From positions 1 to 56,227 of the forward strand of contig CAVWIH010000029.1 of assembly GCA_963755025.1 (NCBI GenBank): a DNA stretch of 56,227 bases. Reading direction: 5' to 3'. Position numbers and translations under genes: made by a program. This stretch comes from an uncultured Actinomycetes bacterium. Lineage in GTDB: Bacteria; Actinomycetota; Thermoleophilia; UBA2241. Of the stretch, positions 43,385 to 53,113 are shown one piece after another; position 1 is the first letter of the stretch; each line of letters opens with the position of its first letter. Below the pieces are notes generated by a model, which saw nothing but the letters and a program-made list of their open reading frames with translations, was not told the origin of the DNA and did no database searches.

Positions 43385-44427
43385 GCGGTGGGCAACGCCC
43401 GCGCCGACGGCGGGGTGGGCGCTTCTCTCAAGAGCTCCATCGTCGAACAGTGCACCCCGCCGCTGAACTTCTGCACCTCGTCGTAGGCGACGGTCACCAC
43501 TTCGACGCCGTGGCGCTCGAGGAGGCGGCGCGTGTGGGGGCTCGAGTCCGACATGATCACGCGACCCGGACGAGTGACCAGGCAGTTGATCGCCCACTCC
43601 TCGCCGGGGTGCGGCCACAGCGGCGTGATGCCCAGGTCGGCCAGACGGGTCACGAACCAGTACGGCAGGTGCTCGGCGTCGACCAGCGCCTTGTCGTGGT
43701 CGAGCATGGCGAGGTGGCCGTCGAGGTGGATCGAGTAGCCGGCCAGCGGCACCCTGATGAGCTCGACATCGAGTCGGCTGAGCACTTCGTCGAGCTGGTC
43801 GGCGCCCTCTTCGTTGCAGCGGGCGGAGAGCCCCAGCGCGGCGACGTCCGGACGGATCTTGACGAACGAGCCGCCCTCGAGCGTGCCGCTGCCGGCGATG
43901 GTGCGCAGGACCGGCACGCCCGCCGCCGCCAGCGCGCGCAGCACCCCGGCCTCTTCGCCGCGGCGCTGCCGGGCCGCCAGGCGGCCGATGACGGCGCCGC
44001 CCCTGACCGTCACCAGGGGGTCGCGCATGAAGACGCCGTTGAAGAGCGGCGGCGCGAGCTGCTCGGCGAACACGACCTCGACGCCTTCGGTGCGCAGCGC
44101 GGCGACCAGGCCGTCGTGCTGGTCGCGCACGCGAGCCACGTCGGGCGCCTCGGCGCCGCTCCAGTACCAACGGCCTTCGGGGTCGACAAGCTGGCCCAGC
44201 TCGGGGTCGTAGCGCCCGTTGGTCATGGCCTCGAACTCGGGCCCGGGCCGGCGCATGAGCACCATCTTGAGCGGACTCACATCGTCGGACGCGCCCCACG
44301 GCGCGCCCCACACCGCGGCGAGCTCGCCCGGGTCGTCGAACGGCGGCAGCGGCTGCGCCGGGTAGACGCGGTCGAGGTAGCTCAGCCACGGAGCGACGCC
44401 GTTGGCGCCTTCAGTGCGCTCTTCCAC
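43381..44427 (-). CDS. Amidinotransferase / dimethylargininase (pentein) family protein
   Basis: FMRDP, RRGEE, LEGG, HLDG, GGVHCST. Confidence 0.88.
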   Translation of the reverse strand: MEERTEGANGVAPWLSYLDRVYPAQPLPPFDDPGELAAVWGAPWGASDDVSPLKMVLMRRPGPEFEAMTNGRYDPELGQLVDPEGRWYWSGAEAPDVARVRDQHDGLVAALRTEGVEVVFAEQLAPPLFNGVFMRDPLVTVRGGAVIGRLAARQRRGEEAGVLRALAAAGVPVLRTIAGSGTLEGGSFVKIRPDVAALGLSARCNEEGADQLDEVLSRLDVELIRVPLAGYSIHLDGHLAMLDHDKALVDAEHLPYWFVTRLADLGITPLWPHPGEEWAINCLVTRPGRVIMSDSSPHTRRLLERHGVEVVTVAYDEVQKFSGGVHCSTMELLREAPTPPSARALPTA

Positions 44428-44430
44428 GAT

Positions 44431-45522
44431 CTACGCCGGTTCGCCCGCGGGGGGCGCCGGCAGGTAGTGGCGCTCGGTGAAGACCTTGCGCACGTACGGC
44501 GAAGTGACGGCGCGCACGAGCCCCTCGTAGTCGAGGGCGAAATCGACGGTGTCGCCGGCGGCCAGCGGGGCCGTTGTGATGAGGAGCGCGTGGTCGCTCG
44601 ACATGCCGGCGATGTAGCTCTCGGGCAGCAGCGGGTGCAGGGCACGGGGCTCGCTGTCGCGGCGACCAAGGGCCAGCAGCACGTGGCGCGCCTCGGCTTG
44701 GGGCAGCGACGTCTCGGGGACGTGTCCGAACGCGTCGGGGCCGATGAGCCCGGGCGGCAGGCCGGGCTTGACGCGCGACTCGATGACGGTCGCCGTGAGC
44801 ATGGGGTCGGCGCGCATGAGGCCCGGGACGGGCGCCACGGCCGGCAGCGTGTAGTGCCCATAGAAGAGGGCGGCGCCCAGGCGGATGTGGCAGGCGTGCC
44901 GCGGGCGGAAGCCTTCGAAGAGGTGCGGCAGGCAGTACGTGCCGCCCAGCGAGAGCGTCGGTTCGCCCTCGCAGGAGCCGGCGACCGCTGTAAGGATCTC
45001 GTCGGCCTGCGCGAACAGGTCGAGCGAGGGCTGCAGCCCCGAGATGCAGGCGAACTGGACGGCGATGCCGGACAGCGCCAGGCCGGGCAACGCCGCGAGC
45101 CGCGCGGCGAGCGCGACGGCGTCGTCGGGCAGCACGCCGTCGCGACGGTCGCCCAGGTCGACGATCATGAGGACGGACACGGTCCGCGCGGCCGCGCGCG
45201 CGGACAGGGCGCGCGCGGTCGAAAGGTCGGAGAGCAGGAGCACGTCGGCCACCTCGAGCGCCAGGTCGAGCTCGTCGTGCTGCGGCGGACGGATGAGCAG
45301 CCGCGGGCCCAGGTCGCGAGCGGCGAGGCGCGAAAGCGAGGGCAGGCGCGAGTCGGCCAGGCCGACGGCGCCGCCGGCCAGCATGGCGGCGCCCACGTCG
45401 GGCTCGCCGTCGACCGACTTGGTGACGCCCACCACGTCGATGCCCTGCAGCGCCAGCCGCCGGCCGAGCGCGGCGCTGTTGTGCCGCACGGCGGCGAGGT
45501 CGATGGTCAGCGTGACTGCCAT
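44431..45522 (-). CDS. Alanine/ornithine racemase family PLP enzyme
   Basis: IDLAAVRHN, VGVTKS, GLADSR, VDLGDRRDG, GMSSDH; start ATG 45522. Confidence 0.82.
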   Translation of the reverse strand: MAVTLTIDLAAVRHNSAALGRRLALQGIDVVGVTKSVDGEPDVGAAMLAGGAVGLADSRLPSLSRLAARDLGPRLLIRPPQHDELDLALEVADVLLLSDLSTARALSARAAARTVSVLMIVDLGDRRDGVLPDDAVALAARLAALPGLALSGIAVQFACISGLQPSLDLFAQADEILTAVAGSCEGEPTLSLGGTYCLPHLFEGFRPRHACHIRLGAALFYGHYTLPAVAPVPGLMRADPMLTATVIESRVKPGLPPGLIGPDAFGHVPETSLPQAEARHVLLALGRRDSEPRALHPLLPESYIAGMSSDHALLITTAPLAAGDTVDFALDYEGLVRAVTSPYVRKVFTERHYLPAPPAGEPA

Positions 45523-45712
45523 GAACGCTCCCAGTGATCGCGGCCCCTCCCGCCGCGATCGGCCGGGGAGCCGGTTTTCGTGACCTGCACAACAGTACTT
45601 CAGAACTTCGGGGAGTGTCGCCGCGGCGGTATCGTCTCGGGGTGCAATCTCGTACACTTCTCACAGTGCCTTTACAATCCCGATGATCGAAGCCATCACG
45701 AGGGGAAGAGCC

Positions 45713-46687
45713 ATGAGGAACACAAGGAGCCTGTCACTGGTCGCGGCGAGCGTCGTCGTCGCGCTGCTCGCGGTCGTCCTGGCGGCGTGCGGGTCGAGCT
45801 CTACGTCCGGCGGCGCGGCGAGCGCGAGTCCGAGCACCGCTGCGAGCTCCGCGGCCGCCACGTTCAACATCGCCAACGTCAAGGCCGACTCTACGCTCAC
45901 CGCCCTGCTGCCGGCGGCCATCAAGACGGCCGGCACCATCCACGTGGCGACCGCCATGCCGTACGCGCCCTGGGAGATGTACGTCTCGGTCGGCAGCAAG
46001 CAGGCCACCGGGATCGACTACGACCTCTCCGAGGCCATCTGCGCCAGGCTGGGTGTCAAGGACAGCTTCGACCAGACCCAGTTCGACGCGATCATCCCCG
46101 CCATGCTGGCCGGCAAAGAGGACATGGTCATGGCCTCCATGTTCGACAACGCCGACCGCCAGAAGACGCTCGACTTTGTCGACTACGCCACCGACGGCTA
46201 CGGCCTGCTCGTGGCGGCCGGCAATCCCGCCAACATCAAGACGGTCGATGACCTCTCGGGCAAGACCGTCGCCGTGCAGAGCTCCACGTCGCAGGTCGGC
46301 GAGCTCAAGAAGCTGAACACCAAGTTCGCGGCCGCCGGCAAGGCGCCGGTCACCATCCTGCAGTTCCCGCAGGACGCCGACTCCGTGCTGGCCGTGACCA
46401 GCGGCAAGGCCCAGGCCCAGATGGACGACCAGTCGGTCGCCGCCTACAACGTGAAGACGGTCGGCAACGGTCAGACCCTGCAGTTCGTCAACGACCCGTC
46501 GGTGGCTTCATCGTTCTCGAACGCCATCGTGGGCGCCGGCATCCCCAAGGCCGACTCCCAGCTGCGCGACGCCGTGCAGAAGGCGCTGCAGTCGCTGATC
46601 GCCGACGGCACCTACGCCAGCATCCTCAACAAGTACGGAGAGAGCACGCTGGCCGTCACCTCGGCGCAGATCAACCAGGGCAAGTAA
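45713..46687 (+). CDS. Polar amino acid ABC transporter substrate-binding lipoprotein
   Basis: Lipobox LAAC, YAPWE, GIDYDL, FDAIIP, DGTYASILNKYG. Confidence 0.9.
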   Translation: MRNTRSLSLVAASVVVALLAVVLAACGSSSTSGGAASASPSTAASSAAATFNIANVKADSTLTALLPAAIKTAGTIHVATAMPYAPWEMYVSVGSKQATGIDYDLSEAICARLGVKDSFDQTQFDAIIPAMLAGKEDMVMASMFDNADRQKTLDFVDYATDGYGLLVAAGNPANIKTVDDLSGKTVAVQSSTSQVGELKKLNTKFAAAGKAPVTILQFPQDADSVLAVTSGKAQAQMDDQSVAAYNVKTVGNGQTLQFVNDPSVASSFSNAIVGAGIPKADSQLRDAVQKALQSLIADGTYASILNKYGESTLAVTSAQINQGK

Positions 46688-46731
46688 GCCGCGGTGAGAG
46701 CCGCGGGCACGACAGTGCGTAAGGAGGCGCC

Positions 46732-47694
46732 GTGGCAACGGTAAGCCAGGCTGCGCCGGGCGTCGAGCGGCCGCCCAAGATCGTCGCCATCCCCATTCGC
46801 CATTGGGGCCGCTGGATCAGCGCGGTGATCATCCTCTTCGTCGCGTTCGCCATGCTGTGGTCGCTCTGGCACAACCCGAACGTCGACATCAGCACCATCC
46901 GGCACAACCTGTTCGCGCCGTACGTGCTCCGCGGCGTGGTCGTCACCATAGAGCTCACCATCATCGCCATGGTCATCGGCCTGGTGGGCGGCGTCCTGCT
47001 GGCCGTTATGCGGCTGTCGCCGAACCCGGTGCTCAAGACCGTGGCCTGGGCCTACATCTGGTTCTTCCGCGGCACGCCGATCCTCGTGCAGATCCTGTTC
47101 TGGGGTTTTGTCGGCGCGCTGTACAAGAACATCTTCGTGGGCCTGCCGTTCACCGGCATCGTCTTCGGCCACGCCTCGACGAGCCGGTTGATCGGCGCTT
47201 TCACCGCGGCGATCCTGGCGCTCGGCCTGAACGAGGCGGCCTACGCCGCCGAGCTCGTGCGCGCCGGCATCATCTCGGTCGACCGCGGCCAGTACGAAGC
47301 GGCCCACTCGCTCGGCATGTCGGGCGGCCTGACCATGCGCCTCATCGTGCTGCCCCAGGCCATGCGGGTGATCATCCCGCCCATGGGCAACGAGACGATC
47401 TCCATGCTCAAGACCACGGCGCTCGTCTCGGTAATCTCGGGCACCGACCTCATGACCAACATCCAGCTGGCCTACTCGCAGAACTTCAAGACGATTCCGC
47501 TGCTGCTGGTGGCCAGCATCTGGTACCTGGCTCTCACCTCCGTGATGAGCGTCGGCCAGTACTACCTCGAGCGCCACTTCGGGCGGGGCTTCGGCCAGAA
47601 AGAGGGCGAGGCCGCCGAGAAACGGGCTCAGCGGCGCGCGGATCGGGTGCTCATGGAGACCAAGGGTGCGCCACACAGTGGAGGGCCGCGATGA
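46732..47694 (+). CDS. Polar amino acid ABC transporter permease
   Basis: [32 protein letters not shown]. Confidence 0.93.
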   Translation: MATVSQAAPGVERPPKIVAIPIRHWGRWISAVIILFVAFAMLWSLWHNPNVDISTIRHNLFAPYVLRGVVVTIELTIIAMVIGLVGGVLLAVMRLSPNPVLKTVAWAYIWFFRGTPILVQILFWGFVGALYKNIFVGLPFTGIVFGHASTSRLIGAFTAAILALGLNEAAYAAELVRAGIISVDRGQYEAAHSLGMSGGLTMRLIVLPQAMRVIIPPMGNETISMLKTTALVSVISGTDLMTNIQLAYSQNFKTIPLLLVASIWYLALTSVMSVGQYYLERHFGRGFGQKEGEAAEKRAQRRADRVLMETKGAPHSGGPR

Positions 47695-48473
47695 GTGTCT
47701 CCGCCGACGCCAAGCCCATGGTGCGCGCCGAGCAGGTCTGGAAGAGCTTCGGCAACCTCGACGTGCTCAAGGGCGTCGACCTGGTCGTCTATCCGCGGGA
47801 GACCTTCGTGCTGCTCGGCCCCAGCGGCGGCGGCAAGTCGACGCTGCTGCGCTGCATCAACCACCTCGAGCAGATCGACGCCGGCCGCCTCTACGTCGAC
47901 GGCGACCTCATGGGCTACCGCGAGCGCGGCGACAAGCTCCACGAGATGCGGCTCAAAGACGTGGCCAAGCAGCGCGCCAAGATCGGCATGGTCTTTCAGC
48001 GCTTCAACCTGTTCCCGCACATGACCGCCATCCAGAACGTCATGGCGGCGCCGACCCACGTGCACCACGAGAGCAAGGACGAAGCCGAAAAAGAGGCGGA
48101 GCGCCTGCTCGCCCAGGTCGGCCTGGCCGACAAGCTCGAGTACTACCCGGCGCAGCTCTCGGGCGGCCAGCAGCAACGCGTGGCGATCGCCCGAGCCCTG
48201 GCCATGCACCCCAAGCTCATGCTCTTCGACGAGCCCACCAGCGCGCTCGACCCCGAGCTCGTCGGCGAGGTCCTCGACGTCATGAAGAACCTCGCGCTCG
48301 GCGGCATGACGATGATCGTGGTCACCCACGAGATCGGCTTCGCCAAAGAGGTCGCCGACGGCGTCGCGCTGCTCGACGGCGGCGTGGTCGTCGAGTCGGG
48401 CCCGCCCGGCGAGTGCCTCGTCAACCCCAAGGAGGAGCGCACCAAGCTCTTCCTGTCCAAGGTTCTGGCGTAG
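47691..48473 (+). CDS. Polar amino acid ABC transporter ATPase
   Basis: [32 protein letters not shown]. Confidence 0.95.
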   Translation: MSVSADAKPMVRAEQVWKSFGNLDVLKGVDLVVYPRETFVLLGPSGGGKSTLLRCINHLEQIDAGRLYVDGDLMGYRERGDKLHEMRLKDVAKQRAKIGMVFQRFNLFPHMTAIQNVMAAPTHVHHESKDEAEKEAERLLAQVGLADKLEYYPAQLSGGQQQRVAIARALAMHPKLMLFDEPTSALDPELVGEVLDVMKNLALGGMTMIVVTHEIGFAKEVADGVALLDGGVVVESGPPGECLVNPKEERTKLFLSKVLA

Positions 48474-48499
48474 CCCAGACCGGCCGGCCAGGGCCGCCC

Positions 48500-49729
48500 A
48501 TGTACACCGCCGCGAGCCTCGACCTGGTGGCTGCCGATATACGCCGGCAGCCGGAGCTGCTCGCCGACACGAATGCCTCGTTGCGCGCGGCCGCGTCGCA
48601 GGCGGCGCGCGAGCTCGGCGCTCGGCCCAGCCGCGTTTACCTCACCGGCTGCGGCGACTCGCTCGACGCGCTCGCCGCCGTACGCTTTGCCTGGGAGCGG
48701 CTTCTCCGCCTGCCGGTCGAGGCCGTGCCGGCGCTCACCCTGAGCCGCTACGTCCTTGCCGCCGCGCCGCGCGACGCGCTGGTCGTCGCCCTGTCGCAGT
48801 CGGGTACGGTGAGCCGCGTGGTCGAGGCGGCCCGGCGCGCCGTCGCCGGCGGCCTGCGTGTCCTCGCGATCACCGGCAAGCCGGATAGCCCGCTCGCCGG
48901 CGAGCCGGTCGCGGCGCGCCTCGTCACTCCGTTTCGCAAGACCGACGGCGTACCGGGGATGGCCTCGTTCGTCTTCAACCTTGCCGTGCTCTATGGGCTC
49001 GGAGCGGAGCTGGCCGAGGTGTGGGACGGCGCGCCGCTCGCGCCGCCCGCGACCACACCGTCGCCCGCGCCGCTTGCGGCCGCACCATCGCCCGCGACCG
49101 CACCGTCGCCCGCGCCGCTTGCGACCGCTGGTCCCGCCTCGCTTACGCCTGTCGCCGTGCGCGAGCAGCTCGCCGCCCTGCCCACGCTGCTGCGCGCCTC
49201 GCTCGACAGCGTCTGGCCGGTCGCGGCCCTGCATGCCGCCGCGCTCGCCGCCGAACCGGGCGTCGAGCTCCTGCTGGGCACGGGTCCCGGCCTCGCCACC
49301 GCGCGCTTCGCGGCGCGCAAGCGCTTCGAGCTCACCCAGCAGGCCGTCATGGTGCAGGAGACCGAAGAGTATGCGCACGACCAGATCGCGATGGTCGGGC
49401 CGCACACGCCGACGAGCGTGTTCGCTCCGCCGGGCGCCGCCTCGGTGCGCGGCGCCGAGGTGCTGACCTCGCTGATCGAGCTGGGCTGCCCGGTGGCGGT
49501 GGTCACCGAGCGCGGCGCCGACCTCGGCCTGGGGCACGAGCCGCGGTTTCGCTACGACGTCGAGCCCGGCCTCGACGAGCTGCTCAGCCCTCTGCTGCAG
49601 GCGCTCGTCCCACAGACCTGCGCCTGCGAGCTCGCACGGCTCGTCGGCGGCTCGTTCTACGGGTACGCCGACCCCGTCGTCGAGGCGCTCGGCGACCGCC
49701 TGATCTACGAAAGCGACGTGACCCCTTGA
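48500..49729 (+). CDS. Double-SIS-domain protein (FrlB/GlmS-C-like)
   Basis: GCGDS, LSQSG, LGTGP, ETEEYAH; Pro/Ala insertion at ~49040-49145. Confidence 0.82.
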   Translation: MYTAASLDLVAADIRRQPELLADTNASLRAAASQAARELGARPSRVYLTGCGDSLDALAAVRFAWERLLRLPVEAVPALTLSRYVLAAAPRDALVVALSQSGTVSRVVEAARRAVAGGLRVLAITGKPDSPLAGEPVAARLVTPFRKTDGVPGMASFVFNLAVLYGLGAELAEVWDGAPLAPPATTPSPAPLAAAPSPATAPSPAPLATAGPASLTPVAVREQLAALPTLLRASLDSVWPVAALHAAALAAEPGVELLLGTGPGLATARFAARKRFELTQQAVMVQETEEYAHDQIAMVGPHTPTSVFAPPGAASVRGAEVLTSLIELGCPVAVVTERGADLGLGHEPRFRYDVEPGLDELLSPLLQALVPQTCACELARLVGGSFYGYADPVVEALGDRLIYESDVTP

Positions 49730-50656
49730 GCGGCGCGCCCGAGCTCCTCTGTGTCGCCGACATCGGCATCGACGTGGTCGCGCGGGTCGCGCGGCTGCCG
49801 CAGGCCGACGGCAAGGAGTCGGCGACGCTCGTAGGTGAGTTCCCCGGGGGCATGGGCGCCAACGTGGCGTCGTCGTTCGCAACCCTGGGGGGCCGCGCCG
49901 GGTTGGTCAGCAGCGTCGGAGACGACGAACGCGGCCGGCGCTGCCTCGCCGATCTACGCGCGACCGGCGTAGACGTCGAGCACGTCGCGACGATCGCCGA
50001 CGCCACCTTCTGGACGATTGCTCTGCTCGACGCGCACGGTGAGAAGTCGCTCGTCGAGTTCTCGACCAAAGCCTCGGCGCCGCAGTGGGAGCGGATCGAC
50101 TGGCGCGTGCTCGAGGGGGTCAACGTCGCCTACACGGTCGGCGCCGAGGGGCGCCACGCCTGCCGGCTGTTCGCCGAGTGTCGCGGCCGCGGCGTCACGA
50201 CGGCGCTCGACGTGGAGACCGCCGACCTGGGCGACGAAGCGGCCCTGCGCGAGCTGCTCGCCCTGACCGACGTGCTCTTCGCACCCGCCGGCTACGCCCG
50301 CGCGATGGCGCGGACCGAGTCGCTGCCGCAGGCCGCCCAGTGGCTGCTTGGCGCCGGGCCGTCGGTCGTGGCCGTCACCGGCGGTGAGCGCGGCTGTCTG
50401 GTGGCCGACGGCGCCGCGCTCACCGAGCTCGCCGGCCACCCCGTGACGGTCGTCGACACCACCGGCGCGGGCGACTGCTTTGCCGGCGCCTTCCTGTACG
50501 GCTTTGTGCGTGGCTGGCCGATCGGCGACTGCGCGCGGGTGGCCAACCTCATGGCCGCGCAGAGCGTCACGGCCTACGGCTGCCGGGGCCGGCTGCTCGG
50601 CCTGGCGCAGCTCGCCGCGCTCCCCGCGGCGGCCGGCCTCGAGATCGCTCAGGTAG
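49726..50656 (+). CDS. PfkB/ribokinase family kinase (3' end uncertain; ORF reads to 51003)
   Basis: [35 protein letters not shown]. Confidence 0.9.
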
Positions 50657-50804
50657 CCGGGTCAGGCCGGGCGGCGAACCTCGCCGTCGCGTCGGACCGC
50701 CGCGCACGCTCGCGCATGAAGGTGGCGCCCGGTGGGCGCGCACGCTCGCGCGTGACGGCGCTTGCGCGTGACGGCGGTCGCGCCCGGTCGACGCGCGCGA
50801 CGCG

Positions 50805-51905
50805 TCAGCCGGCTCCGTCGAGCAGGTCGTCGGCCAGGTCCAGGAGCATCTCGCGGTCCTCGAGTTGCGCGACCCAGGCAGGCGGGATCGCTTCGAGGCC
50901 CAGCCAGGCGCCCAGGATGGCCCCCGCGATCGACGCGGTCGAGTCGCTGTCGCCGCTGATGTTGGCGGCGGCGCCGAAGGCGCCGCGCACGTCGCCCCGA
51001 TAGCGCAACGCGGCGAACAGGCCGATGCCCAGCGCCTCGTCGGCCACCCAGCCCTTGCCGCGCTCCCCGGGCGCCTCGCGTCCGCTGGAGCCGATCTGCG
51101 CGATGGCCGCGTAGGGCTCTTCAGGCGACGCGGCGAGCGCCACGGCGGCATCGACGGCGGCCAGCGAGTGGACCGACCCCGGGTAGGCGGCCAAGGTCGT
51201 TCGAGCTTGGACGACCGCATCATCAAGGTCGAGGCCGCTCACGAGCCGGTCGATCAGCAGGGCCTGAAAGCCCGACGACGTGTCGCTCGTGACGGCGCCG
51301 TGCGTGAGGGCGGCCGCGTCGACGCCGGCCTCGAAGGCGGCCGCGCCGAGGCCGATCAGGCCCAGGGGAGCCACCCGCATGACGCCGCCGCAGCCCTTGC
51401 TGCCGTTGCGCGAGACGTCGTGCGCTCCGCCCGGCACGCCGCCGGCGAGCGCCGCCATGCAGGTGTCGCCCGGCGCCCGGTCGACCCAGTCCGACGAACG
51501 GTGCCACTCGAGGTAACGCTCCCAGATGGCGAGGCGCAGCGCGCCGAGGTCGGGCGTGCCTGGACCGGGACCGGGCGTGCCTGGACCGGGCGCGGGCGGG
51601 TGGGCGCCGCCGCCGTGGGCTGCGCTCGCGCCGTTCGTGGCCGCCCGCCATGCGGTGGCGGCCCGCCAGTCCTGGATGCCGCGCGCGGTCGCGATCGACA
51701 TCTGCGTATCGTCGGTGTAGCTGCCGGCGGCGAAGCGCCGCCACGGTTCGAGGCCGTCGATGCCGTCGGGCGGGAACGCCGCGAGGATCTCATCGCGGGT
51801 CTTGAACTCGACCGGCGCGCCGAAGGCGTCGCCGACCGCGAGGCCCACGATGCACCCACGGCCGCGCGATCGCCGCGCCGCTTGTCCGCTCGTTCCTGCG
51901 CCCAC
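50805..51905 (-). CDS. ADP-ribosylglycohydrolase family protein
   Basis: GLAVGDAFGAPVEF, YTDDTQM, GCGGVMR, THG, GDSDSTASIAGA. Confidence 0.92.
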   Translation of the reverse strand: MGAGTSGQAARRSRGRGCIVGLAVGDAFGAPVEFKTRDEILAAFPPDGIDGLEPWRRFAAGSYTDDTQMSIATARGIQDWRAATAWRAATNGASAAHGGGAHPPAPGPGTPGPGPGTPDLGALRLAIWERYLEWHRSSDWVDRAPGDTCMAALAGGVPGGAHDVSRNGSKGCGGVMRVAPLGLIGLGAAAFEAGVDAAALTHGAVTSDTSSGFQALLIDRLVSGLDLDDAVVQARTTLAAYPGSVHSLAAVDAAVALAASPEEPYAAIAQIGSSGREAPGERGKGWVADEALGIGLFAALRYRGDVRGAFGAAANISGDSDSTASIAGAILGAWLGLEAIPPAWVAQLEDREMLLDLADDLLDGAG

Positions 51906-52169
51906 TTGGCGGCCTCCTTGGGTCCTTGTCTCGGCAACGCTGTTCTACGGAGAGAACGGTAACGGAGTGGCCGACCATAGCAAAGCCGCGGTCCACGGGT
52001 CGTCGTACGCAACATTCGTCGCCGTCGTTTCACCGGCCGGGGCGCTTGGACGCGCTATTCGTGCAATCCAGCACAAACTACGAAACTCCCCAGAGTTTCC
52101 CTGTTCATGGTACGCGGCCTGGTGCGCTTGACGGCGCGCCGCGAAGGCCGATAGCCTCGTCAGCGTGTT

Positions 52170-52294
52170 TACTGGCTAGGCAACGCTCAAGCACTGACCA
52201 AAAGTGAACGGCGCGCTCCATGACGGCGCCCACCCCAAGGAAGTCCACCAGACTTCCGAAAGGAGGCAGGTCATGCACCGTAGACGATTGGCCC
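52170..52294 (+). ncRNA. Candidate structured cis-regulatory RNA, copy 1
   Basis: CATGAC/GTCATG stem enclosing GGAAGTC-N5-GACTTCC; alternative CTTCC-GAAA-GGAGG hairpin over the SD. Confidence 0.5.
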
Positions 52295-52362
52295 CGGCCC
52301 AGGTGCCCAAGCTCCACTTCCTCCACCGCCGCATCTCCTCTGTGGAGACGCCGCCGCGGTAA
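52273..52362 (+). CDS. Putative 29-aa sORF MHRRRLAPAQVPKLHFLHRRISSVETPPR
   Basis: AAAGGAGG 6 nt before ATG; TAA 52360-52362. Confidence 0.35.
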   Translation: MHRRRLAPAQVPKLHFLHRRISSVETPPR

Positions 52363-52651
52363 TCCCCTTCGTTCGCTGATCCGGTCGTGCCGGACGGTCG
52401 CTCGCGGCCGCCTGGTGCTGGTCGCGCCGCGCTTCTGCCGCGGCGCGAGACCGCCGGACCGACGCTCGCCAGGCCACCCGAATGGGCTGCGCATGCGTTG
52501 GCGCTGGACCCACGGACGCCACCTGCCGACAGGCCCGAACAGTCTGGTGGTCAGAACGGGGGACTACGAAATTACCTGCAAATTATGGTTTTCGTACGGA
52601 ACGCGGTGTTGAAGGAAGCCGCGATCTGTGCCGACAAAGACCCTATCAGTG

Positions 52652-52773
52652 TACTGGCTAGGCAACGCCTACCCGACCAAAAGCGAACGGCGCGCTTCAT
52701 GACGGCGCCCACCCCAAGGAAGTCCGCCAGACTTCCGAAAGGAGGCAGGTCATGCACCGTACACGATTGGCCC
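52652..52773 (+). ncRNA. Candidate structured cis-regulatory RNA, copy 2
   Basis: Same stems; differences from copy 1 fall outside them. Confidence 0.5.
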
Positions 52774-52865
52774 AGCCCACTCGCGCAAGACCCCCGCGTC
52801 TGACCGCGGCGGCCCCCACCGCCTGGAGACGACCCAGCGGTATCCCCTTCTTCGCTGACCGGTAG
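52752..52865 (+). CDS. Putative 37-aa sORF MHRTRLAQPTRARPPRLTAAAPTAWRRPSGIPFFADR
   Basis: AAAGGAGG 6 nt before ATG; TAG 52863-52865. Confidence 0.35.
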   Translation: MHRTRLAQPTRARPPRLTAAAPTAWRRPSGIPFFADR

Positions 52866-53113
52866 CGCCGGACGGCCGTTCGCAGCCGTTCGGCGAGAGG
52901 TCTCGCACGCGCCGAGGCGCCTTCCGAGACCACCGGATCGATGCCCATCTGCCACCGGCAAGGGCGTCGCTTGCTCTCACAGAGGCCGGGCGAGCGGTCA
53001 GGTCCTCTTGTCCCGAGACACCGCGAGGTCGCGAGCAGAAAGGCGCGACGGCACGAAGGGGCGCCCGCCAGCGATGGCGGCAGACCCCAGAAAGCAAAAG
53101 AACGGAGTCACGG

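Larger units (their letters stand above)
52076..52490 (+). repeat. Copy 1 of a ~480-nt tandem intergenic unit (promoter-like motif, structured leader, sORF)
   Basis: Core 52196-52294 differs from 52675-52773 at 4 of 99 positions; flanks align with indels. Confidence 0.9.
52563..52970 (+). repeat. Copy 2 of the tandem intergenic unit
   Basis: Same blocks in order: ACTACGAAA, TTGA..GCCGA(T/C)A, TACTGGCTAGGCAACGC, core, TGGAGACG, TCCCCTTC, CGAGACC(G/A)CCGGA. Confidence 0.9.
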
